Part shown: piece after piece, positions 1 through 10,400 of the stretch
Numbering within the stretch: the first letter of the stretch is position 1
How the letters are laid out: every line of letters starts with the position of its first letter
NCBI GenBank assembly: GCA_963674785.1
Contig: OY771555.1
Location: 736,001 to 800,000 of the forward strand
Source of the DNA: Caldisericia bacterium
GTDB taxonomy: Bacteria > Caldisericota > Caldisericia > JAAYUI01
Reading direction: 5' to 3'
Length of the DNA stretch: 64,000 nucleotides
The notes under the pieces: generated by a model
The model's input: only the letters and a program-made list of their open reading frames with translations
The model's database searches: none
Told to the model about the DNA's origin: nothing
Translations under genes and position numbers: made by a program

Positions 1-26
1 CTGCCCCAACTATTATAATATCAAAA

Positions 27-1070
27 TCAATCGTCATACTCGTATGTAACAAGCTCGTCTCTGATTGCCTCAATCTCCTCAGGAGTTGGCACAAATGGGA
101 AGTTTCTGAATTCCTCAGATGGTCTTTCATTTGCAAAAGGTCTGTTACAGGCGACTTCGCCGTCATTTCCAACACAACCTGAGGTCATGAATGGTCTTCC
201 AGATTCAACAAATTCCTCAGTGTCTGCACCAAAGTCTGTCACACGGTCACGATCATCAAACTTCATTTTTGTGATGTGAGTTGCTCCCTCATCAATCATA
301 TATCTTGCGAGTTGAATTCTTCTGTATGTTGGGATTGTTGGTCTTGGATGATTTCTGAGTGCTGAGCTTGGTTCAGGGTAGAACGAGAAAAGATGTGTTT
401 CCCCACCCATATCCTTTATTTTCTGGATGGATGAGATCATCTCTTTTTCGGTTTCACCAAGTCCAACAACATAGTGGCTTCCGACATTTCCCTCACCAAA
501 GGTTCTAAGTGCTGCTTCAAACAAGTCCCAATACTTCTGCCAGCTGTGTGGGCCACCGACATTTTTACCGCGGTGTTTGACAAAAAGCTCTTCAGTAGCT
601 GTATCGATTGCGATTCCAATTTTATCGATCCCTGCCTCTTTTAGCTTTGGGAAATCTGAATCAAACATGACAGTTGGTGATACAAGACCAGAAACAGGAA
701 CATCACTTACTTTTCTGATTCTTTTTGTGATTTCGATTGTGTCTTCAACAGATTTTCTTCTTGTGATCATCGAGATACAGACACGTTTTACGACATCATC
801 TCCCTTTTCGACAATCTTCTGAATTACTTCATCTGTTGAATGCAGAGGCCATGCCACCCTTATGAAGGATTTTTCCTCATATTCTCCCTCTCGCTTTGCC
901 TGCAATCCACAGTATGCACAGTTTGCCGAACATCCTTCTGGATATGTTAGCAGGATATTGATGCAGTAAAGCTTTGCGTCTCTGTAGAAGCTGCCACCCA
1001 TAAGGTCGAGTGTCATTGCAGCCGCTTGACTCAATCGAACATAATCTGGACTTGATTGGTTGTTACTCAT
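27..1070 (-). CDS. Radical SAM protein, biotin-synthase-related, LipS2-like (possible subunit of the two-component lipoyl synthase)
   Basis: CxxxCxxC motif (GCSANCAYC). C-terminal TSGC...ACNRP resembles the TxGCPxC(N/D)RP motif described for Thermococcus LipS2. Confidence 0.75.
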   Translation of the reverse strand: MSNNQSSPDYVRLSQAAAMTLDLMGGSFYRDAKLYCINILLTYPEGCSANCAYCGLQAKREGEYEEKSFIRVAWPLHSTDEVIQKIVEKGDDVVKRVCISMITRRKSVEDTIEITKRIRKVSDVPVSGLVSPTVMFDSDFPKLKEAGIDKIGIAIDTATEELFVKHRGKNVGGPHSWQKYWDLFEAALRTFGEGNVGSHYVVGLGETEKEMISSIQKIKDMGGETHLFSFYPEPSSALRNHPRPTIPTYRRIQLARYMIDEGATHITKMKFDDRDRVTDFGADTEEFVESGRPFMTSGCVGNDGEVACNRPFANERPSEEFRNFPFVPTPEEIEAIRDELVTYEYDD

Positions 1071-1077
1071 GCAACAG

Positions 1078-1106
1078 AGTTTGACATAATGGTTTGTTCA
1101 TTTCAA
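1078..1106 (-). promoter_or_regulatory. Putative sigma-70 promoter for a leaderless radical SAM transcript
   Basis: Minus strand TTGAAA-17 nt-CAAACT, 7 nt before the ATG at 1070; no SD. Confidence 0.45.
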
Positions 1107-1187
1107 GGAAGGTTGATATGGTGTGTTTTTATTACGAAAAAATTGATTAATCCAAATTATTCTCATTATTCCAGTCTCTTATCTCCG

Positions 1188-1215
1188 TTGACATTCTTTC
1201 CACAGCAAGTATCTT
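1188..1215 (+). promoter_or_regulatory. Putative sigma-70 promoter for a leaderless or near-leaderless NHL/thioredoxin gene
   Basis: TTGACA-16 nt-TATCTT, 8 nt before the ATG at 1224; no SD. Confidence 0.5.
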
Positions 1216-1223
1216 TTATAAGC

Positions 1224-3986
1224 ATGGTGGTTAATTTCTTTCGACGAAATCTTGCGACACTCCTTGCACTAATTCTCTTAGTGTCGGTCGTGCCAAAAGT
1301 TAGTGCTATAAACCCATCCCTTGGAAGTTGGGGGCTTGGTTATGGTCTGCTTGAAAGCCCTGTTGGTATTGCTGCTGGTGGCGGGATGGTTTTTGTCTCA
1401 GATGATGAAAAAGACGCAATCATTGTTATGGATACTGAAGGCAATCTCATCACAGAGAAAAATAAGTTTAACGGAAAAGAAATTAAACCAGCTGGTCTGT
1501 ATTTTTCAAAAGATTCAATTTTGTATGTCACTGACATGCTAAATGACAGATTGTTGATCCTAACTCCGAACCTCGATCTGATTTCTGAGGTATCTGAAAG
1601 TGAGATGAAAATCTCCGACCCAGTTGATGTCACTCTCGGAGATAACTCATATATATATGTGTTGTCGTCGGCAGACAGGAAAGTGTCGATTTTGACAAGC
1701 CATGGAAAGTATCTTCGTACAATTCTTTCCCCTGGTGTTTTTTCTGGTCAGCTTGCATCCCCCAGAGGGATTGATATCTCTGGAGAGTTGATTGCGATTT
1801 CTGATATGGGTGTTGGTAAAGCAAAGATAATTTCAGAATCACGTGGCGAACTCCGAACATATGGGATACCTGGAACTTATCCAAGTTCACTTTCAGCCCC
1901 TTCTGATGTATGCATGGATTCTACGGGTAATCTGTATGTTGTTGATAAAAATAATAATGATATTGCAGTTTATCCCAAAAGCGGGTTAGAGCCTTTTTCC
2001 TGGGGAAGATACGGTAAGGTTGGCAAGGCTGTTGACTTCTTTTTTTCAGATATTGAGCCCAGAGACTTTTCAGATTCACCAGGCAGACTCTGTAGACCCA
2101 CCTCAATTTCTATTGATGGTGACTGCGTATACATCGCTGATACGGGAAATTCTCGAATCCTTGTGACATCGCTTTCGGAGATTTGGAGAATCCCAAGAAT
2201 TTCGCTTGAGTTTTTTTCAAGTCAGAGGCTTGATGTTCCAAGGATGATTGCATCACCAAGTACTCTTCATTTTGGTAATGTCGATGGAACTCTTACAAAA
2301 TATGTGAATCTCGAGTTGACAAACAATCCAACCTCAATCGGACGTGCTTATATCCGTGGTGACAAATCAATCACCGTTGAACCAGAGATTTTTACTGGTT
2401 CTAATGTTAGGTTTAAAGTAACAGTCAACAGCAAGACCACCATAAAGAATATAAATTCAACCCTTGTTATCGAATCTATCACCGATTCAATCGATATTCC
2501 CCTTAGTGGAACTCACTCAAAATCTCCCGGTATTTTCTTTTCTTGCAACTCACAGTGTAGAGCTCAGATGAGAGATGAGGGTGCTTATGTTTCACTTGAG
2601 CTTGTTTCTCAAAATGGTTTTTCAGGGGATGTGAAGCTTTCCGCAACTCAACCAATTTATTCACCAGTCTGGGCAAGACCGGCAACAGATGTTGAAGATA
2701 TCAAACTTACAACCGTCGGAATTAACTTCCGTCAGGAGACTATTTCCCTAAGCTCTTCTGAGAAGAAAATGACCTCTCTGTCTGTTTATGAATCGGGAAG
2801 ACTCAGATCAGGTGTTTATTATTTTTCTGTTTTTGCTGAATCTGCCAATGATCCTTCCATTAAAGCTATCCACTCTATAACACTATATATAGAGAGTGAA
2901 TCGACTGGTGATGTTCAAGGCACAGTACTCTATGAAACATTTACAGCTCATTGGTGCAGTCCATGTGGTTATCATCGCGAGGCATCCTACAGACTTGCTG
3001 AGGAATATGGTCGAAGAAATATTATGCCTATAGCCTTCCATGTGATGGATGAGGATGATGAAACTGGCATGACAACTGATTTGAACTTTTCAAGATTCAA
3101 AATGTATGGAGGAACAGGCGTCCCCCTTTCAGTCATGAATGGAAAAACTCTAAATGTTTCTGGCAACGGGGAGGTTGGTTCAAAATTTGCCCCGGATCGA
3201 ATAAGGGGAAGAAAATACTCTGGAACGACTTTTGAATATTGGAAACTGAGAGCGGAGTATAATTCAATTCCAAGAGTAAATCCTTTGATAATCAAGCTCT
3301 CTGCTGAGATTGATGACAAAGGGGAAGGCTCTGTATACCTGAGAGTCGATGAGTCAAAATCCAATAGAGGACGCTTGGCGAGGGTTTATTTTTTAATTGT
3401 TGAAGATGGGATTGAATATTATGCCGAAAATGGTGAAATTCAGCACAACTTCGTTGTGAGGGATTTTTTAAAGCCAAATGAGACAGAGTCACCCTATTCA
3501 GATATTGTTCTTGGCAAGGAAAGAAATATCAACTTCAGTTTTGAGCTTCCGGATATGAATGAAGGCTTCGAGTTGAATCCCGACAATCTCACGTTGGTTG
3601 CTATTGTTGAGGACATAAAAACAAAAAATATTATCGGAAGCCACTGGATGGATTTGTCCGCCCCCGTGATTTGTACATCTGAACTGTTCACGTCTGGTGA
3701 TACCTCGCTTAATAGGGGTGCACAGTCAAAGGTCTATATTCATATAAGCAACATTGGAAGTTGTACAAAGTCCTTTGGAATCAATGTTTCCTTAGGTAGT
3801 GAATATATGGACATGGAATTGACCGATAACTTTTTTGTGATTACTCCAGGCGAGACTAAAACGGCAACATTATATCTTTCGCTTCTAAAGGTGATTGATA
3901 ATAAAAATGATTTATTTATCGATATTTCTGCCAAAGACAGTGACAATAAAACCTACACAAAAAAGGTAGTTTTTGGTAGTAAATAA
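1224..3986 (+). CDS. Secreted protein with NHL-repeat beta-propeller, Ig-like domains and an Omp28/thioredoxin-like CxxC domain (920 aa)
   Basis: Start moved from 1056 to 1224, which gives a signal peptide (MVVNFFRRNLATLLALILLVSVVPKVSA) just after a promoter. NHL repeats (PSDVCMDSTGNLYVVDKNN, PTSISIDGDCVYIADTGNSRI). ETFTAHWCSPC, then GVP and VYFLIVED...HNFVVR, typical of Omp28-like domains. Confidence 0.8.
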   Translation: MVVNFFRRNLATLLALILLVSVVPKVSAINPSLGSWGLGYGLLESPVGIAAGGGMVFVSDDEKDAIIVMDTEGNLITEKNKFNGKEIKPAGLYFSKDSILYVTDMLNDRLLILTPNLDLISEVSESEMKISDPVDVTLGDNSYIYVLSSADRKVSILTSHGKYLRTILSPGVFSGQLASPRGIDISGELIAISDMGVGKAKIISESRGELRTYGIPGTYPSSLSAPSDVCMDSTGNLYVVDKNNNDIAVYPKSGLEPFSWGRYGKVGKAVDFFFSDIEPRDFSDSPGRLCRPTSISIDGDCVYIADTGNSRILVTSLSEIWRIPRISLEFFSSQRLDVPRMIASPSTLHFGNVDGTLTKYVNLELTNNPTSIGRAYIRGDKSITVEPEIFTGSNVRFKVTVNSKTTIKNINSTLVIESITDSIDIPLSGTHSKSPGIFFSCNSQCRAQMRDEGAYVSLELVSQNGFSGDVKLSATQPIYSPVWARPATDVEDIKLTTVGINFRQETISLSSSEKKMTSLSVYESGRLRSGVYYFSVFAESANDPSIKAIHSITLYIESESTGDVQGTVLYETFTAHWCSPCGYHREASYRLAEEYGRRNIMPIAFHVMDEDDETGMTTDLNFSRFKMYGGTGVPLSVMNGKTLNVSGNGEVGSKFAPDRIRGRKYSGTTFEYWKLRAEYNSIPRVNPLIIKLSAEIDDKGEGSVYLRVDESKSNRGRLARVYFLIVEDGIEYYAENGEIQHNFVVRDFLKPNETESPYSDIVLGKERNINFSFELPDMNEGFELNPDNLTLVAIVEDIKTKNIIGSHWMDLSAPVICTSELFTSGDTSLNRGAQSKVYIHISNIGSCTKSFGINVSLGSEYMDMELTDNFFVITPGETKTATLYLSLLKVIDNKNDLFIDISAKDSDNKTYTKKVVFGSK

Positions 3987-4136
3987 GTTACAGATATGTA
4001 TATATTCATATCACAATGTGTAAATCATGTACAGCATGTGTTACTGGAACTCAAAATTACCCACTTTCATGAATATCCGCGTATAGTATTCTCTAATAAA
4101 TCCGTGCTTTGGTACAGAATAACAGGCTATCTGTGC

Positions 4137-4152
4137 TGGCACAGAATTTGCA
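4137..4152 (+). promoter_or_regulatory. Sigma-54 (RpoN) -24/-12 promoter of the giant-protein operon
   Basis: TGGCACAGAATTTGCA: GG and GC separated by exactly 10 nt, matching TGGCAC-N5-TTGCW. Predicted +1 near 4163 coincides with the 5' end of the folded leader. Confidence 0.8.
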
Positions 4153-4161
4153 TTATGTAGT

Positions 4162-4406
4162 CTCGGAAGGTGTACGTGCTACGCCAGACGTGGTTTTTTG
4201 TTCTACCCGTCCTGGTGTGTGCGGGTGGCGGTGATGATGCCCGACATCTGTACAAGCGTGCGACTTCTGCGATACGTTTGACCAGCATTTATCTACACAC
4301 ACCTATGTGGTTTGGTGTGTGCTTTGGCTCAAAGTAATGAGTCGGTTTATGTTGTTGTGGTCACTGATGGTCAGGACAGGAAGCTGTTCTGAAGTCCTCT
4401 TCCGGG
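4162..4406 (+). ncRNA. Long structured 5' leader (cis-RNA candidate, family not recognised)
   Basis: Closing helix CTCGGAAG(4162-4169)/CTTCCGGG(4399-4406). Inner helices 4171-4176/4249-4254, 4203-4210/4221-4228, 4296-4303/4314-4321, 4326-4331/4338-4343, 4279-4284/4358-4363 and 4371-4379/4384-4392. The SD (AAGGAGAG, 4421-4428) lies outside the fold. Confidence 0.65.
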
Positions 4407-4433
4407 CTTAAACCTATGTGAAGGAGAGCTTAA

Positions 4434-7400
4434 ATGAGAAAATTTGTAACATTTATGGTCGCATTAACACTTGTAGTGGCGGCTCTGGTACCTGCATTCT
4501 CTATCGTCAATGCTGACGGAGACAGAATCAGGGAAGGTGAACCAAACACACCTGCAACTATGGCTGCAGTCAGGTGGCATAAGGTCGGTTATGATCATGA
4601 AGGTAATATGCTTAACCCAAGCACCCTCGATCATACAGAGGTTGAAAGGGCTGGGCTTGATGGTACCGGGTACAGATTCTTCCCCTGGCAGGATGATGGT
4701 GAACAGATTTGGGGAAGGGCATCTGATGATGTGGCTTATGAGATGCCACGTTTATTACCAACTTCTGGAAGTCATGACTGGCTTGGTAGATTTGACGCAT
4801 CTAACTATGATTTCGACTACGATAATTCAGCTAACAACTATGCGTGGTGGACTGTTTTATACCTCAACATCGAACCAGATTCCGGTAATTCCCAGGAATA
4901 TAAAAAATGGTATGTAGTAATCGATCGTGATGGAAATGCCTGGTTTGACCCAGACGGAAAATTCCATCGTTGCGAACTCGATTCATCCGCAGACCCAATG
5001 TATTATGAGCCAGGTTCACTTACATACGTCGAGGGTTCATGTCGTACAAACCCAAAGGCTCTTCTTGACCCAATCCCAAGCAATAACACACAGGGACCAT
5101 ACAACCTTAAATTCGGTTCAAGAGCTGCTCTCGATAGAATTTATTTCTGGTGGAAGTATGACACAAATGGAAACCTTGTAGACAGAGTATGGAGACTTGG
5201 TTGGTCAGACATGGTCGACTACGATCCTGCACCAAACCTTGAGCACGGTGTTTGGGACCCAACAAACTCAGATACATGGTCAGTTGTTTCGTATATTCCA
5301 ACATATGACCCCTACACAAAAACACATATTCCAGATGCAGATGTAGATTGGGATGCAAAGCTTGACACAATCCCATTCTCACTCTCAGCAGATCCTGTGT
5401 GGCCAAATGTCACAGAGGGCGTAGAGTGTTATCATGATGCAAATGGCAACGGTGTCTATGATCCTTATGAGTTCATCTACAGAAAAGGTGCCGGATTCCC
5501 AGTAGGTCTCTTCACCTCATCAGTTCAGCCTGGTGATGTGAGAGTCACAAATGTAAGCACAGAAAATGGAATCTTCAAACAGAACCTTAGAGCAGGATCT
5601 GTTGTTGGTGGAGATGAGTTTGATGTTGGTGCAGTACTCCTCCCATTCAACCACATGAACCCTCCATCCGGATATCCAACATATGTGCATACACATGGCA
5701 AGGGAACAATCGATGGCAGATTTGATGATGGTGAGTTCATCTACTGGAAAGGTGCCGCTTCAACAACATTTGGAAACACATGGCTTGAAGTCCCTGCAGT
5801 ACCAGGTTCAACCGTTATTGCTGTTGCATCAGTAAACGGATTCGATCTTGCTGATGAAGTTGCCCTTTACGATCCGCTCACTGGAACATACTTCACCTCA
5901 ACAATCGATGACATTGATACAACTGTAACTCCTCCACTCATCACACTCGATAATGCAGTTACATTCGCATTCCCACTCTACTCATCATTCTTTGAGATTG
6001 GTGAAGTAGAGATCGGTGACATCAGACTTACAACTGTCAACGAGAGACACAACAACAATACAAGATCATGGGATTGGCACGGCACATGGTGGACAGATGC
6101 ACTTATCCTTCTCGAGGTTCTCGAGGGTGGATGTCATACACCACTTTATAACATCACTGTTGAATCAAACCTTTGGATGGGTGGATACCCAACAAATGGT
6201 GAATTTGAAAAGGGTGATGTTCCATCTGAGGCAACTGCAGCACTCCACTCACCAAATGGTGACATTGTAGCAGCAGCTCAGAGAATTCAGAAAACAACCG
6301 TCCTTGACCCAACAGGTTTCGAGTTCGAAGTCCCAGCAACAACATTTGAGAACATCAAACTTGAGTATAGAGAATATCTTGGACTTGAAATATTCAAAGA
6401 TGATGGAATCAACAACAACGTTGGTGAACCACAGTTCACAGTAAACTGTGTCCGCGGAGACATTGTTGATGACTATTATGTGTACGACAGCACAGAAGAG
6501 TTTGTTGGCGCAGACGATGTCGAAACACAGCTTGACTTTGAATGGTCAAGACAGACACAGTCATTCTCAAACCTTGAGATGTTTGTTGATGTCAGTGGCG
6601 AAGGCGCACTTGGTGTTGGAGAGCCAATCTATCTTGATGAAGACCTTTCAAATTCAATCTCAGCAGGCGACCTCAGAATCACTGATGTTGAAGTCGTCAG
6701 AGGCGACAGCAACATCATCGCTTATCCATCAGGATCAAGAGTAACTGCCGGTGACGCTGATGTTGATTATTTCACAACCTTCCCAGCAATCGGTACTCCA
6801 GAACTCAGCCCAATGCCAGCGGGCGTAGAATACTACGACCAGGCTCATGGATGTGTTCCTCCAAATGATACATATGATATTGGTGAGCCAATCTATTATC
6901 AGGCTCCATCAACCGGTATCGCAACACTCTATTCAAACGATTTTAATAACCAGAACAACCCAACAGGAACCGCACCAAACCTTACATTCCATGACAACAC
7001 AGGTCCTGGTTCTGCTTTAAGTTATCCAGCATATAGCTTCACAAACACCGTTGATAACTGGGGTGAGCTTGACGAAACAAACTCCGGTCTCTTCATTAAT
7101 GGTGGTGCAGCTACATCAGTTACTGACAGAGAGAATAATGATCCTGGCGGACAGATTGGAAACCCTTCAGCCGGTAATTTCGAAGTCTGTTTCTTTGATG
7201 ATAATGCTCCTCCAGTTGGTGCAACAAGATGTAGTGAGCTTTATTCCGGTACAATCATCCTTAATCCATCACTTGGCATGGAAGACAACAAGATATTCAC
7301 AGCTGATGTATTTACAGAACCAAATCCTGCATGTTTGAGTGATTGGTGGCCACCAGCAGTCATCTTCAGATATGATAGCCCAAACAGTTTCTATGCATTA

Positions 7401-10400
7401 ACGCTTGTTCCTTATGACGGCTCATATGTATGGTATGATTACTCCAATGCCGATGGTAGCTTCATTGATAATTTCTATGGTCCAGCCCCAGATACCTATC
7501 TTATTAACATCATACATTACGAACCAGCAGACGCTGGAAACACTGGATATACAGGAACATCAATCTTCCAGACAGAGCTCAATTCCTTTGATCTCAATGA
7601 TTGGATGAATGTTGAAATCAGAGCATATGCAAACCTTGCTGGATTCCTTGATTACACAGATATCCTTATCGGTGGAACACTTATTAGTGGATCATTCCCA
7701 AGCTCAATTAATCCAGTAGGTTCACCTCCAGGTGGATTTGGTTTCATGGCAGGAACATATGATTCAACATATGTTGGAGCAGTTAGCCCACTCTATTTTG
7801 ACAATGTGACCCTCTCAACATATCTTGTTGGGGCAACACTTGACACAGTCAGACTTACCGATGTTTGGGTAGATGGCACAAAATATCCAGCAGGTTCAAA
7901 AGTTCTTGCCGGTGACTTCTACAGACTTGAAAACCCAGTTTATGGTGTAACAACAGGTAAAAATACAAATGCCAGATATATGGATATCGAAGTATTACCT
8001 GGTGACATCGGACTTAAATATGAAATCGACGGCTTCTCACCAGAAGACGAAGAGTTCAAACCACTTAAGATTGAGAAAACCTCACATATTAAAGTTTCGC
8101 TTGATCACGAACTTGAAGGTGTTTATGCAACCGGAAAAGTTATCGGTGACAAGAGAAATAGACTTTATTACAGACCTGATTCCTTCTATGTAAACACAAT
8201 CCCAGCCGAGTATCAGGTTGTTTACTCATCACCTGCAGAGGCAGAACGCAACTTCTTCCACCCACACACTTCAATTCAGGGTGACAAGGTTTATGTCTCA
8301 CTCAGAGAGACAGATACAAATATCTCCCCATACTTTGCAACAACATATCTTTCCGAGTATCTTGAGGAAATTATTGATACAACAGCAATTATCGATGCAG
8401 AAAATCCAGTGTATGAGTTTGAATTCACACCATACAGAGGAACAATTGTTGATGATATTGGACAGGAATTACCAATTCTCCTCAGAGCCTATATGGATGA
8501 TGGTGGAATCCAGACATCACCTGATGACAGCAGATTCTCATACTCATTCATGCTCGATAAGAATCTGGCCGACAGAACAGTTGACGCTGGAAGCGTAGCT
8601 TATTCAGAATACAACTTCATTGACCCATGGCATATGCAGAAGAAATGGGAGATTGATGAAGCCTATGCAAACTATTGGAACCAGGCATACACAAGAGCCG
8701 CAAGATTTATTCCAAACCCATACGAAGTTGAACACATGGCAGAATGTGGTCTCTCAGACAACTACGATTGTTATGGCGTAGAAAAACTTCATGTTGAGCC
8801 AGAAGGAATTGAGATTATTCCAAGCTCACCTTGTGTTGACCCACTTTCATACAGATATCCAAACATCAGTCTTAAACTCAAAGCCTATGACAACCCGGAC
8901 GATGTCAATGACCCAGCAGGTTACACAATGGCATTCCCAACCACCGAAGATTCCGTTGCTATCGCTACATACAACGTAAACGGTGCCGGTATCAGATATA
9001 TGTGTACAATGAGAGCATGGAACATGAGTCATACTGTTCCAGATGATTTCTATGCCTACTTCATTGTTCAGGTAAATGATGACGGTTCATGGATGGGTTG
9101 GAGAATGAATGAAGCAAACCTTCCAGGTATTGTTGACTTCACAGACTCATTCTCAGTGATGCAGTCATATCCATTCCTTCAGAAGATGAATAACCGCGGA
9201 AACGATTCTCATGATATTGGCGACTATGATTGTTCAGTTGGCACAGGTGTTGTTGACCTTTGCGGTTCTGGATGGCCACCACTTGGTGATGTCACCATTT
9301 ATGATACTTACTCAAGTTATTTCTGTGATCCAACTTGGACATATCCAAACATCCCATACTATGGAACAGTTTATCACTATGGTGTAAAAACATACATCAC
9401 TCCAAAAACTGAAACTGACGAAGGTGGACTTATCTCTATCGTTTGTCAGCCAATGAATACCGAAGAAGATCTTCATATCCGTGTTCATACAAGCAATGTT
9501 GAGGTTGACTACAATAGCACAAACCTTAAACACGGTAACAACGCAACATACTTCAGATTTGACAGATCAGGTATCCACCAGGGTAGCACAGGTGGTTCAG
9601 ATCCTAACCAGTACTATGTTCCAAGCGTTTCAAACGTTCACGACACAAACCCACCAGGAATCAGAAACCTTATGATGGCTGAGACAGTTGATTACTGCGA
9701 CGTAATCACACTCAAGGTTCTCCCACCAGATACTGATCTTAACTTCAACAATCTCTACATCGTTGACCATGCTCTCCAGTACAGTGATGTCGAATATGCA
9801 GGTTCTGCAACAGGTGGAGATCCACTCGTTGTGCTCGATACACCAGAGAGATGGATTAGACCTGATTATAACCCACTCTGCGTCTTCAGACCTCTTTCTG
9901 ACGATGAAAACACAGATGTAAGATGTTACCCAGGTGGACAGACTCATCTTATGAGAGTCGAGAATTCACTTAGAGGTAATGGTTTCAATGCAACTCCAGC
10001 ACTTTGGAGAAAACAGTTTAACAAACTCGGAACTGAGTTCTTTGGACTTACCGACTATGGTCTGTATTTTGAGCTTACTAGAGAAGACTCAGGGTACTGG
10101 GGTGTTCCAACAACATTCGCAGATGGAATGATCAAGAGAATTGAGATCACCGGACCGTTTATGACTCCACTTGACCTTGATCCTGAATTTGATTCAATCA
10201 AGTACAGATCAGGAACAGCAACCGGATCTATTCTCGGATATCAGTATAAAGATCTTAGATATGTTCCAATCAAGTATGATTATTCAGGTAAAATTGTTGT
10301 CGACACACTCAATTACATGACCTACGAGCTTGGACCATCAGACTTCTCAACAACAACCAGCCCTGCATGTACAATTCCTGGCGATTTCATTACCTTCTCA

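Noticed and set aside
1056-1223. Longer N-terminal extensions from the ORF track (also 14504, 25292, 45824, 47565, 49384, 57846, 61753)
   Set aside because: Downstream ATGs have the SD or promoter context and, for the exported proteins, give proper signal peptides; the extensions overlap neighbouring genes or regulatory DNA.
4162-4406. Known ncRNA (T-box, tmRNA, RNase P, SRP, cobalamin or TPP riboswitch) in the leader
   Set aside because: I could not find the diagnostic sequence motifs of these families, and there is no terminator/antiterminator U-tract before the gene.
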